Shown in pieces: positions 30,950 through 39,019 of a stretch of 64,000 nucleotides of DNA. A model generated the notes under the pieces. The model was not told the origin of the DNA and did not search any database. It saw nothing but the letters and a program-made list of their open reading frames with translations. Source of the stretch: an uncultured Bacteroidales bacterium (GTDB lineage Bacteria; Bacteroidota; Bacteroidia; Bacteroidales; UBA11471). The translations under genes were made by a program, and so were the position numbers. Position 1 is the first letter of the stretch, and each line of letters starts with the position of its first letter. The stretch is from positions 3,832 through 67,831 of the forward strand of contig CANQQA010000006.1 of assembly GCA_947625885.1 (NCBI GenBank). Reading direction: 5' to 3'.

Positions 30950-31618
30950 GGCGTCCGCCGCAACCCGGAACTCCCGTTCAAAGACGGCGGGCTTTTCGTC
31001 CTGCTTTTTGCCGAACTCATGTTATTCTTCTTTTTCTTTTTCCGTCGAAAAGAAATCGTTTCGTGGCAAACCGACAGCGACACGACTTACTCCCGAACAT
31101 TCAGCCACAACAAACGCCTTTCGGGAACGAATTTCGGTCTGCGGATTCTTTTCCTGCTTTACACCTTCTTGGTCGAAGGCACTCTTGCCGCCGTACTCTG
31201 CTTTTCCCAAGACATACCGCTCCCCGTCGGCGGAGGGTTTACCCTCCATGCCTTGATACTGGCGCTTCCCTTCGCCCTCTATTTCCTGCTGCAACAAGGC
31301 ATATATCTGCTATTGACAAACGTATTCGCCGCCAATACCGGCGGACGGGAATGGTGCGACCGGCACCTCATCATCAACCTGCTGCTCGGCATCGAAATAT
31401 TTCCATTCACACTGCTCGCCGCCTATCTGCCCGAAAGTGTCACATTTTGTCTTTTTTCCGCCATTACCCTCTATTTGATAGCCCGTTTGCTTTTCATTTT
31501 GAAAGGAGCAAAACTTTTTTTACGAGATTTTAGCTGTTTGCTTTACTTTATTTTGTACCTTTGCGCTCTTGAAATAGCGCCGCTGTTTTTCCTTATCAAA
31601 ACAGCGACCCTGTTTTAA
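30380..31618 (+). CDS. DUF4271-like polytopic membrane protein with a 190-aa Thr/Ala/Asp-rich N-terminal tail
   Basis: The C-terminal ~220 aa has about 6 TM segments ending in YFILYLCALEIAPLF. The position upstream of the hemD-like gene is, as I recall, typical for DUF4271 in Bacteroidales. ATGA overlap with the LOG gene. Confidence 0.7.
   Translation: MTDSADTLSVTPPVVDTGVVATDTLRQNVAIADTTTGITASGSETSIPAIVADTTLTENPLSADTTTAAIVPADSIAATADTVHAVIPTAAQAAPDSALTTIVPPSDTLVQETAPAATDTVHYEKLTSLTPSAADTLAKPFAETPRPTPTDTATAFFPFSADTSAFHSHADTTVVSTTEIPTIPIYDGRAGVRRNPELPFKDGGLFVLLFAELMLFFFFFFRRKEIVSWQTDSDTTYSRTFSHNKRLSGTNFGLRILFLLYTFLVEGTLAAVLCFSQDIPLPVGGGFTLHALILALPFALYFLLQQGIYLLLTNVFAANTGGREWCDRHLIINLLLGIEIFPFTLLAAYLPESVTFCLFSAITLYLIARLLFILKGAKLFLRDFSCLLYFILYLCALEIAPLFFLIKTATLF
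31556..31563 (+). promoter_or_regulatory. -7 box (TACCTTTG) inside the DUF4271 3' end, possible internal promoter for the hemD-like gene
   Basis: Exact TAnnTTTG, 58 nt upstream of ATG 31621. Confidence 0.35.
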
Positions 31619-31620
31619 GA

Positions 31621-32403
31621 ATGATTGTAGGACTAAAAACCATTTTAGCTTTGAAAATCAAAAAGATACTCATTTCTCAACCTCAACCGTCCGAAAAATC
31701 TCCCTATTTCGAGATTGCCAAAAAGTACGGCGTGGACATTGTTTTCCGTCCTTTCATCAAAGTAGAAGGGCTTTCCTCCAAAGAATTTCGGCAGCAAAAA
31801 ATTTCATTGCCCGAATACACGGCGGTCATCTTTACCGCGCGGACGGCTATCGACCACTTTTTCAGATTGTGCGAGTGCCTGCGCGTAACGATTCCGGAAA
31901 CGATGAGATATTTCTGCACGACCGAAACCATCGCCCTCTACCTCCAAAAATATATCGCTTACCGCAAACGTAAAATTTTCTTCGGCAACACGGGCAAGCT
32001 CAACGACCTTATTCCCGCTCTGACCAAACATGCCGACGAAAAATACCTGCTCCCCGTTTCCGACGTAAACAACGGAGAATACCCGCTGCTCGACCAACAT
32101 AACATCAACTATACCAAAGCCGTAATGTACCGCACGGTAAGCAACGATTTCAAACCCGGCGAACCGTTCGACTACGATATGCTCGTCTTTTTCAGTCCGG
32201 CAGGAATACAGTCGCTACTCAAAAATTTCCCGAACTTCGAGCAGGGCGACATCAAAATCGGGTGCTTCGGTCCGACAACCGCCAAAGCCGTACACGACGC
32301 GAGGCTGCGGCTCGACGTAGAGGCGCCGCAACCCGAACTCCCGTCGATGACGGCGGCGCTGGAACATTTCTTGAAAGAACAGAGCAAAGCGGCAAAAAAA
32401 TAA
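31621..32403 (+). CDS. hemD: uroporphyrinogen-III synthase (HemD-like)
   Basis: About 250 aa with the KIKKILISQPQP..SPYF..A.KYGV...FRPFIKVE N-terminus, typical of Bacteroidales HemD-like proteins as I recall. The true start may be TTG 31651. Confidence 0.65.
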   Translation: MIVGLKTILALKIKKILISQPQPSEKSPYFEIAKKYGVDIVFRPFIKVEGLSSKEFRQQKISLPEYTAVIFTARTAIDHFFRLCECLRVTIPETMRYFCTTETIALYLQKYIAYRKRKIFFGNTGKLNDLIPALTKHADEKYLLPVSDVNNGEYPLLDQHNINYTKAVMYRTVSNDFKPGEPFDYDMLVFFSPAGIQSLLKNFPNFEQGDIKIGCFGPTTAKAVHDARLRLDVEAPQPELPSMTAALEHFLKEQSKAAKK

Positions 32404-32488
32404 CCTTTATCCGCATCTATTCCATACCTTGCCGCCATATTCCGAAACGGGAACGGGCGACAAGGTTTTTCTTTTTTCGATACGACAC

Positions 32489-32905
32489 GTGGAAACAAAA
32501 CTGCTTGAAAACGACAACCGCCGACTCGCCCGCGCAGAACGTCTGCGGGGCGAAATCAGGGTAAACAGCCTTTTTACCGAAGGACACTCGTTCGTCGTCT
32601 ATCCTTTCCGTGTCGTATTCCGCACACAACCGCCGAAACCCGCAAGTGCGGTTTTTCTGGTAAGCATTCCCAAACGGAACTTCAAGCGCGCCGTCAAACG
32701 CAACTTGCTGAAACGGCGCATAAGAGAGGCGTTCCGTCTCCACAAAACGACGCTCAACGATACGCTCGGTCGCGCCGGTATGGCACTCGATATGGCGATT
32801 CTCTATTTGGACAAAGAGGTTCTTCCCTACGAAATCCTCGCAAAACAGATGCGGGAGCTGCTTGCCCGCCTGTCGGACAGGATAGCCTCCGAGATGAAAA
32901 AATAG
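32489..32905 (+). CDS. rnpA: ribonuclease P protein component
   Basis: RNR-type basic block [18 protein letters not shown]. No in-frame ATG, so the start is uncertain: GTG 32489 is chosen and TTG 32429 is also possible. Confidence 0.8.
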   Translation: METKLLENDNRRLARAERLRGEIRVNSLFTEGHSFVVYPFRVVFRTQPPKPASAVFLVSIPKRNFKRAVKRNLLKRRIREAFRLHKTTLNDTLGRAGMALDMAILYLDKEVLPYEILAKQMRELLARLSDRIASEMKK

Positions 32906-32910
32906 CTGCC

Positions 32911-33801
32911 ATGCGCACGTTTTTCCGAAAAATCTTTACCGCCCTGCTCCTGCTGCCCATTTCTTTTTATAGGGCTTGCATTTCACCGCTGCTGCCGGCG
33001 TCGTGCCGGTACGTGCCCACCTGTTCGCAATACGCGGCAGAGGCGATACGGCGGCACGGTCCGCTGCTCGGGCTATGGTTGGGAATAAAGCGGATATGCC
33101 GCTGCCACCCGTGGGGCGGGAGCGGGTACGACCCCGTGCCCGAAACACGGCTTTACGACCTGCACACCCACGCGTTGAAAGCAACGACCGCCGACGAATA
33201 TGCCGTCTGCAACCCCTATCCCCGCTATCCGCTGTCGGTGGTGGCACAGCACCCCGAATGCCGCTTTTCCGTCGGCATACACCCCTACGAGAGCGGCAAC
33301 GCCGATGAAAAAACATGGGCAGAGGTCGCCGCCGCAGCACTTCTGCCCCAAGTCGCGGCGATAGGGGAGTGCGGACTCGACACGACCCGCGACACGCCGC
33401 TGCCGCAGCAGCTCGATATTTTCTGCCGCCACATCGCGCTCTCCGAACAAACGGGAAAACCGCTTATCATACATTGTGTCAAGGTATTCGATACGCTAAT
33501 AGCCCTCCACCGCCAATACCGCCCGCAGCAGGCGTGGATCGTACACGGCTTTCGCGGCAAGCCGCAGCAGGCGGAACAGCTGCTCCGCGAAGGCTTCGTC
33601 CTCAGTATCGGTGCGAAACACAATCCCGATATTTTCGCGGTGTGCCGCCCCGAAAACTGTCTGTTGGAAACCGACGAAGACGAAACACCCGTCGCCGCGC
33701 TCTACCGGCAAGCCGCCCGAACATGGAAAATGCCCCGCTACCGCGCCGTCGCGCAATTGGCTCGCACGTTTGCCGAGAAATTTCATCTCGACCAAGAATA
33801 A
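32911..33801 (+). CDS. yidD: YidD (membrane protein insertion efficiency factor) fused in frame to a TatD-family metal-dependent hydrolase
   Basis: aa 1-77 form a complete YidD ([19 protein letters not shown] ... [12 protein letters not shown]). After a 3-aa linker comes a TatD domain (LYDLHTH, IGECGLD, IIHC, HGF, ETD). There is no stop codon and no start codon between the two. Confidence 0.85.
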   Translation: MRTFFRKIFTALLLLPISFYRACISPLLPASCRYVPTCSQYAAEAIRRHGPLLGLWLGIKRICRCHPWGGSGYDPVPETRLYDLHTHALKATTADEYAVCNPYPRYPLSVVAQHPECRFSVGIHPYESGNADEKTWAEVAAAALLPQVAAIGECGLDTTRDTPLPQQLDIFCRHIALSEQTGKPLIIHCVKVFDTLIALHRQYRPQQAWIVHGFRGKPQQAEQLLREGFVLSIGAKHNPDIFAVCRPENCLLETDEDETPVAALYRQAARTWKMPRYRAVAQLARTFAEKFHLDQE

Positions 33802-33839
33802 AATCGTTCGCTTTTTCGGCTTTATTGCCGACAAAACAT

Positions 33840-33847
33840 TATCTTTG
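33840..33847 (+). promoter_or_regulatory. -7 promoter box (TATCTTTG)
   Basis: Exact TAnnTTTG, 27 nt upstream of ATG 33874. Confidence 0.5.
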
Positions 33848-33873
33848 CGGCACTTTCAAAAAAACAGACTTCG

Positions 33874-35166
33874 ATGAATTTTGTAGAAGAACTCAAATGG
33901 AGAGGTATGCTCCACGACATCATGCCCGGCACCGAAGAACAGCTACAAAAAGAAATGACAACGGCATATATCGGTTTCGACCCCACTGCCGACTCGCTGC
34001 ACATCGGGCATCTGGTAAGCATCATGATACTGCGCCATTTCCAGCGCGCGGGACACAAACCCATAGCCCTCATCGGCGGCGCCACCGGCATGATAGGCGA
34101 CCCCTCGATGAAATCGCAGGAGCGCAACCTGCTCGACGAAACGACACTGCGCCACAATCAGGAGTGCATCAAACGACAGCTTTCCAAGTTTCTCGATTTC
34201 GAATCGGACGCCCCCAACGCCGCCGAACTGGTGAACAACTACGACTGGATGAAAGACTTTTCTTTTCTCGACTTCATTCGCGAAATCGGCAAGCACATCA
34301 CCGTCAATTACATGATGAGCAAAGACTCCGTGAAACGCCGGCTGGCGGGCGAAGGCACTTCGGGACTTTCGTTCACCGAATTTTCGTACCAGCTCGTGCA
34401 GGGCTACGACTTCACCTTCCTCAACAAAACGAAAAACTGCAAATTGCAGATGGGCGGCTCCGACCAGTGGGGCAACATCACCACCGGAACGGAATTGATA
34501 CGCCGCATGAACGGCGGCGAAGCCTACGCGCTCACCTGTCCGCTCATCACCAAAGCCGACGGCGGGAAATTCGGCAAGACCGAATCGGGCAACGTATGGC
34601 TGGACCCCAACTACACGACACCCTACAAATTCTACCAGTTCTGGCTTAACGTAAGCGACGCCGACGCCGAAAAATACATCAAGATATTCACCGACCTGCC
34701 GCAAGAAGAAATAATGGCTCTCATCGCCGAACAGCAGGCGGCACCACATCTGCGTCCGCTGCAAAAACGACTGGCGAAAGAAATAACCGTCATGGTGCAC
34801 TCCGAAGCCGATTACAACGCCGCTGTCGAAGCGTCGGGAATCCTCTTCGGAAACTCCACGTCGGAACAGTTGCACCACCTCGACGAAAAGACGCTGCTCG
34901 CCGTATTCGAGGGCGTGCCGCAATTCGAGATTTCGCGCGACGAGCTCTCTGCCGGCATACGGGCTGTCGAGCTGCTTACCGAAAAAGCCGCCGTATTCCC
35001 CTCGAAAGGAGAGATGCGCAAAACCGTGCAGGGAGGCGGCGTGTCGGTCAATAAAGAAAAGCTCACGGCTTTCGACGCCGTATTGTCCGCCGATATGCTC
35101 CTCAACGGCAAATATCTGCTTGTGCAGAAAGGCAAGAAAAATTATTATCTGCTGATTGCAAAATAA
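33874..35166 (+). CDS. tyrS: tyrosine--tRNA ligase
   Basis: HIGH (SLHIGHLV), KMSKS-type KFGKT, and a C-terminal S4 domain. Confidence 0.97.
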   Translation: MNFVEELKWRGMLHDIMPGTEEQLQKEMTTAYIGFDPTADSLHIGHLVSIMILRHFQRAGHKPIALIGGATGMIGDPSMKSQERNLLDETTLRHNQECIKRQLSKFLDFESDAPNAAELVNNYDWMKDFSFLDFIREIGKHITVNYMMSKDSVKRRLAGEGTSGLSFTEFSYQLVQGYDFTFLNKTKNCKLQMGGSDQWGNITTGTELIRRMNGGEAYALTCPLITKADGGKFGKTESGNVWLDPNYTTPYKFYQFWLNVSDADAEKYIKIFTDLPQEEIMALIAEQQAAPHLRPLQKRLAKEITVMVHSEADYNAAVEASGILFGNSTSEQLHHLDEKTLLAVFEGVPQFEISRDELSAGIRAVELLTEKAAVFPSKGEMRKTVQGGGVSVNKEKLTAFDAVLSADMLLNGKYLLVQKGKKNYYLLIAK

Positions 35167-35207
35167 AAAATAAACCGTTTTTCGTTTGCAATTAAAAAAA
35201 CTTGCCG

Positions 35208-35215
35208 TATCTTTG
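35208..35215 (+). promoter_or_regulatory. -7 promoter box (TATCTTTG) for tRNA-Gln
   Basis: Exact TAnnTTTG, 41 nt upstream of the tRNA 5' end. Confidence 0.45.
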
Positions 35216-35255
35216 TTCCGCTTTTTAGGGCAATGTCCCGTAAAAAGACAAGGAT

Positions 35256-35326
35256 TGTCTTATGGTGTAATGGTAGCACAACAGGTTTTGGTTCTGTTTG
35301 TCTTGGTTCGAATCCGAGTAAGACAA
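35256..35326 (+). tRNA. tRNA-Gln (anticodon TTG)
   Basis: Hand-folded cloverleaf: acceptor tgtctta/taagaca (U1:A72), D stem gtgt/gcac, anticodon stem acagg/tctgt with loop ttTTGgt, T arm cttgg-ttcgaat-ccgag. 71 nt, CCA not encoded. Confidence 0.9.
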
Positions 35327-35330
35327 CGCG

Positions 35331-35366
35331 AAAAAGCCTTTCTCCCGTGTAGGAGAAAGGCTTTTT
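35331..35366. terminator. bidirectional intrinsic terminator (tRNA-Gln and the convergent membrane-protein operon)
   Basis: 15-bp stem aaaaagcctttctcc / ggagaaaggcttttt, 6-nt loop, with an A-tract and a T-tract built into the stem ends. Confidence 0.8.
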
Positions 35367-35368
35367 CT

Positions 35369-35839
35369 TTATAACCATTTGACGTTCAGCCACAACAAAA
35401 GCGCAAAAACAAGCCACGAAACAAGGATATACCCATAAACAAACGGGGCTTTTTCCCGTATCTCTTCCGGCGGTTTTTTGCTAAATTTCCGAATATATTT
35501 TCCGGTCTTGTTATATTGTTCCGTCGCCCAACTGAATATGCTCAACGAAACTAAAAGCAGAATTACGAACACAATAGCAATAAAGGTCGCCATTGTTGCC
35601 GAAAAAAAAGAGCAGCAATCTATAAACAACAAATAACTTACCCCGAGAACCGGCAGAAAAAGAATACATGAAATCAAAAAATGTTCTGCCCGAAAATAAA
35701 GAAAAGATGTTTCTCCTACCTCTTTTTTTCGTTCGGAAAAAACAAGATTCTCTATCCTTTTCAAAAGGAGATACAGGAAATAGGCTGCAAGACCTATCCA
35801 TCTGTCTCCAAATCCGTTGTGCCTGTTCTGCGGCGACAT
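35369..35839 (-). CDS. hypothetical ~4-TM small membrane protein (paralog A)
   Basis: 156 aa with four hydrophobic segments. Shares N- and C-terminal motifs with the upstream 173-aa ORF. No family recognised. Confidence 0.6.
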   Translation of the reverse strand: MSPQNRHNGFGDRWIGLAAYFLYLLLKRIENLVFSERKKEVGETSFLYFRAEHFLISCILFLPVLGVSYLLFIDCCSFFSATMATFIAIVFVILLLVSLSIFSWATEQYNKTGKYIRKFSKKPPEEIREKAPFVYGYILVSWLVFALLLWLNVKWL

Positions 35840-35842
35840 CGC

Positions 35843-36364
35843 TTATAAATAATTCAGACGATGAAACAACAAAAGAACATATCTCAAAAGCGCCAAAGAA
35901 GCAAATGCATACCCGTAAACGATTATACATTTTACCACTTTTTCCTTTACCAGCATTTGACGAAATTTTTGTATATATTCCCAAGATTTATCTCCGATAG
36001 CCCATTCAAATATAAAGAAAACAACAAAAAAAATTGTTAATGAAACTATCAAAAAAGAGAGTTTTTTCGCAAAATCGAAGTAAATGTACACCAAAGACCA
36101 AATACTCCAAATGAGAGAAACGTGCGGAATAAACGGAAATATCGCAGATTTTGAAAAATAGAGATTGGCATATTCATTATAAGGAGACCATAACTCTTTC
36201 GTTGTTTCCTTTATCCGCTCCCGTTTCGCGGGAAACAAACAATAGCAAAGCGCAAAAAGAAGAATAATAATTATCTTTCTCAATAACTTAATCGGGAAAT
36301 AGAGATAATAGGTCGAAAGGTTTATCCACTCTTCCAATCTATTCCGGCGTTGTTGCTTTTTCAT
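35843..36364 (-). CDS. hypothetical ~4-TM small membrane protein (paralog B)
   Basis: 173 aa. Shares with paralog A the motifs (D/E)xWIxLxxY(F/Y)LY and (S/E)WA...YI(R/Q)KF....(V/I)YGY. Separated from paralog A by 3 nt. Confidence 0.6.
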   Translation of the reverse strand: MKKQQRRNRLEEWINLSTYYLYFPIKLLRKIIIILLFALCYCLFPAKRERIKETTKELWSPYNEYANLYFSKSAIFPFIPHVSLIWSIWSLVYIYFDFAKKLSFLIVSLTIFFVVFFIFEWAIGDKSWEYIQKFRQMLVKEKVVKCIIVYGYAFASLALLRYVLLLFHRLNYL

Positions 36365-36389
36365 AAATCGTTTCTCCTAATTCCCTACA

Positions 36390-36397
36390 CAAAGTTA
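36390..36397 (-). promoter_or_regulatory. -7 promoter box (TAACTTTG) for the two-gene membrane-protein operon
   Basis: Plus-strand caaagtta, 26 nt upstream of ATG 36364. Confidence 0.5.
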
Positions 36398-36430
36398 AAA
36401 ATAATCCGAAAGAAGCGAAGCAAAGGGAGG

Positions 36431-36469
36431 AGGAAATAAAAAACCTCCTGCCTTTGACAAGGCGGGAGG
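36431..36469 (-). terminator. intrinsic terminator after tRNA-Asn
   Basis: 9-bp stem (cctcccgcc / ggcaggagg on the minus strand, one G-U pair) followed by ttttttatttcc. Confidence 0.7.
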
Positions 36470-36473
36470 AGCG

Positions 36474-36547
36474 CTCTTCAGGTAGGACTTGAACCTACGA
36501 CCCTCTGATTAACAGTCAGATGCTCTAACCGACTGAGCTACTGAAGA
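36474..36547 (-). tRNA. tRNA-Asn (anticodon GTT)
   Basis: Minus-strand cloverleaf: acceptor tcttcag/ctgaaga, D arm gctc-agtcggtta-gagc, anticodon stem tctga/tcaga with loop ctGTTaa, T arm gtagg-ttcaagt-cctac, discriminator G. 74 nt. Confidence 0.92.
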
Positions 36548-36572
36548 AGGTAACATTTCTAAAAATGCAGGG

Positions 36573-36580
36573 CAAAAGTA
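36573..36580 (-). promoter_or_regulatory. -7 promoter box (TACTTTTG) for tRNA-Asn
   Basis: Plus-strand caaaagta, 26 nt upstream of the tRNA 5' end. Confidence 0.5.
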
Positions 36581-36603
36581 ATGCGTTATTTCCAATTATA
36601 CAA

Positions 36604-36611
36604 TATATTTG
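36604..36611 (+). promoter_or_regulatory. -7 promoter box (TATATTTG)
   Basis: Exact TAnnTTTG, 43 nt upstream of ATG 36654. Confidence 0.5.
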
Positions 36612-36653
36612 CGGAAAATTTTGTTTTTCTATCGAATATCAATACGCGAAAAT

Positions 36654-38324
36654 ATGCGTCGAACAATTGTACTTGCCCTCTGTTTTGCCGTTGCCGCAGC
36701 GATGCCGTGCACGGCGCAAAAAAAGAAAAATCCCGCTTTCGATGCCACGCAGGGCATCGGTCTTTTCGGCTCCGTGCTGAAAGAACTGAACACTTTTTAC
36801 GTCGATACGCCCGACGTCGAAACGCTTGTGGAAGAGGGCATCAACGCCATGCTCTACACGCTCGACCCTTATACGGTATATATCCCTGAGACGGAGAGCG
36901 ACGATTTCAAATTCATGACGACAGGCGAATACGGCGGCATAGGTTCCCTCATCAGCACCCGCGACAGCTTTACCTACATCGCCGAACCGTATGAGGGGCT
37001 TCCCGCGCAGGTGTGCGGTCTGAAAGCCGGTGACAAGATACTGCGCATCGACTCCGTTTCGGCAGTCGGACTTCCGTCCGAAAAGGTGAGCGAGCGGCTT
37101 AAAGGTCCGGCAAATACCATTGTAACCGTCGTGGTAGAGCGCCCTGAAACGCTCGATACGCTCACGTTCGACGTCGTGCGCAAAAAAATCGTCCTGCCTG
37201 CCGTTCCCTATTACGGCGTGCTGCGCGACAACATCGGCTACATCTACCTGCAAAGTTTCACCGACAAGGCGGCTGCCGAAGTAAAAGAGGCTCTGCTCGA
37301 CCTGAAAAAGAATCAGCACATCGACGCCCTCATTCTCGACCTGCGCGGCAATCCGGGCGGCATTCTCGATGAAGCCCTGCAAATCATCAACTATTTCGTG
37401 CCCAAAGGCGTCGAGGTGCTATCGACGCGGGGTCGCGTAAAACAATGGGACCGTACCTACAAAACGACACAAAAACCTATCGACGAGAATATTCCGCTTG
37501 CCGTGTTGATAAACAGCGAATCGGCATCGGCATCGGAAATCGTATCGGGTACGCTGCAAGACCTCGACCGCGCCGTCGTACTGGGCGAACGCTCTTTCGG
37601 GAAAGGGCTCGTGCAATCGACCCGCCCGCTGCCCTATAACGGTATGCTCAAAATCACGACATCGAAATACTACATTCCCAGCGGACGGTCGATACAAGCT
37701 ATCGACTACTCGCACCGCAATGCCGCCGGTCGGGCAGAACGCATACCCGACAGCCTGACGACCGCCTACACCACCGCCGGCGGACGCATCGTGCGCGACG
37801 GCGGCGGCATCACTCCCGACATAAAAACAGAACTGCCGCAGATTCCCAACATCGTCTATTACCTCGTAACCGATCGACAAGTTTTCGACTATGCGACACG
37901 CTTCGAGCAGCAGCACCCGACCATCGCTCCGATAGAAGAATTCGTCATCACGGACGAGATATACAACGACTTCAAAACCTACGTCAAGGGAAAAGATTTC
38001 AAATATGACCGCCGCAGCGAAAAAGCGCTTGAAGAATTGCGCAAATGGGCGAAATTCGAGGGCTATTACGACGACGCCGAAGATGAAATAAATTCGCTGA
38101 CTCAAAAGCTGTCGCACAACCTCGACCGCGACCTCGATGCTTTCCGCAAAGAGATAGAAGAACAACTGGCTGCGGAAATCGTCAAACGGTACTACTACCA
38201 AAAAGGCGAAATCAAAGAGAATCTCAAACACGACCCCATCGTACAAAAAGCCGAAGAGATACTCCTCGACCGGAACCGGTACGATGTCTTGCTCAAACCG
38301 GCACCCGCCGAAAAAGAAAAATAA
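36654..38324 (+). CDS. S41 family C-terminal processing peptidase (PDZ-containing)
   Basis: Signal peptide (LALCFAVAAAMPCTAQ), a PDZ region, and the S41 motifs LDLRGNPGG and SASASEI. Start set to ATG 36654. Confidence 0.9.
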   Translation: MRRTIVLALCFAVAAAMPCTAQKKKNPAFDATQGIGLFGSVLKELNTFYVDTPDVETLVEEGINAMLYTLDPYTVYIPETESDDFKFMTTGEYGGIGSLISTRDSFTYIAEPYEGLPAQVCGLKAGDKILRIDSVSAVGLPSEKVSERLKGPANTIVTVVVERPETLDTLTFDVVRKKIVLPAVPYYGVLRDNIGYIYLQSFTDKAAAEVKEALLDLKKNQHIDALILDLRGNPGGILDEALQIINYFVPKGVEVLSTRGRVKQWDRTYKTTQKPIDENIPLAVLINSESASASEIVSGTLQDLDRAVVLGERSFGKGLVQSTRPLPYNGMLKITTSKYYIPSGRSIQAIDYSHRNAAGRAERIPDSLTTAYTTAGGRIVRDGGGITPDIKTELPQIPNIVYYLVTDRQVFDYATRFEQQHPTIAPIEEFVITDEIYNDFKTYVKGKDFKYDRRSEKALEELRKWAKFEGYYDDAEDEINSLTQKLSHNLDRDLDAFRKEIEEQLAAEIVKRYYYQKGEIKENLKHDPIVQKAEEILLDRNRYDVLLKPAPAEKEK

Positions 38325-38326
38325 AC

Positions 38327-38863
38327 ATGGCTGTCGAAACCACTCCGCTGCTCGACCCTTACCGTTTCTGTCCGCGCTGCGGGTCGGAGCGGTTTGTCGG
38401 AAACAATGCCCAGTCGAAACGCTGTCTGTCGTGCGGGCTGGAATATTACGTCAATCCCCGGGCTGCCGTGGTGGCGCTCATCACCGACGAAGCCGGAAAC
38501 ATACTGGTGTGCCGGCGCGCCAAAGAGCCGGCGCAAGGAACGCTCGACCTGCCCGGCGGATTCACCGACCTGAACGAAACCGCCGAAGAAGCTGTCGCGC
38601 GCGAGGTGCTCGAAGAAACCTCTTTGACCGTAACCCGCTGCCGCTACCTCTTTTCCCTGCAAAACCGCTATCTCTACTCGGGCGTGGTGATACCGACGAT
38701 GGATCTCTTTTTTGCCTGCGAAGTCGCCGACTTTTCGCCTCTCTCGGCACACGACGATGTGGCAGCCGTCCGCTTTCTTCCCCGTGCGGAAATAAAGCCG
38801 GAACTGTTCGGTCTTGCCTCTGTACGTAAAGGCATTGCCCGTATTCTGGAAGAAAATTTTTAG
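38327..38863 (+). CDS. NUDIX hydrolase with an N-terminal zinc ribbon (NudC-like)
   Basis: CPRCG...CLSCG zinc ribbon and a Nudix box GGFTDLNETAEEAVAREVLEETSL. Confidence 0.85.
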   Translation: MAVETTPLLDPYRFCPRCGSERFVGNNAQSKRCLSCGLEYYVNPRAAVVALITDEAGNILVCRRAKEPAQGTLDLPGGFTDLNETAEEAVAREVLEETSLTVTRCRYLFSLQNRYLYSGVVIPTMDLFFACEVADFSPLSAHDDVAAVRFLPRAEIKPELFGLASVRKGIARILEENF

Positions 38864-38918
38864 CGCTTTTTCCGAAATTTTGTTCGGAGCAGAATTTTTA
38901 TTTTTCACAAGTTATCGC

Positions 38919-38926
38919 TACCTTTG
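38919..38926 (+). promoter_or_regulatory. -7 promoter box (TACCTTTG)
   Basis: Exact TAnnTTTG, 94 nt upstream of ATG 39020. Confidence 0.45.
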
Positions 38927-39019
38927 TTCGGATAAAAAAGAGCCGATGAGGCACATCGTCCGATGCCTTGCCGACCGATAAACGAACCCATAAAAACTTT
39001 CCTGCCCGTGGCAAAAGAG

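Noticed and set aside
32404-32488. Looked for rpmH (ribosomal protein L34), which precedes rnpA in many bacteria
   Set aside because: No short Lys/Arg-rich ORF resembling MKRTFQPS... exists in any frame of this spacer.
33315-34649. 444-aa plus-strand ORF, extremely Arg/Pro/His-rich, overlapping the tatD part and tyrS
   Set aside because: It is an alternative frame of two well-supported genes. The Arg-rich composition is the usual out-of-frame reading of GC-rich coding DNA.
35256-36547. tRNA-flanked islet considered as an integrative mobile element
   Set aside because: It has no integrase or excisionase gene, and I found no duplicated tRNA 3'-end (att) sequence by eye. It is therefore kept as an accessory islet finding and not annotated as a mobile element.
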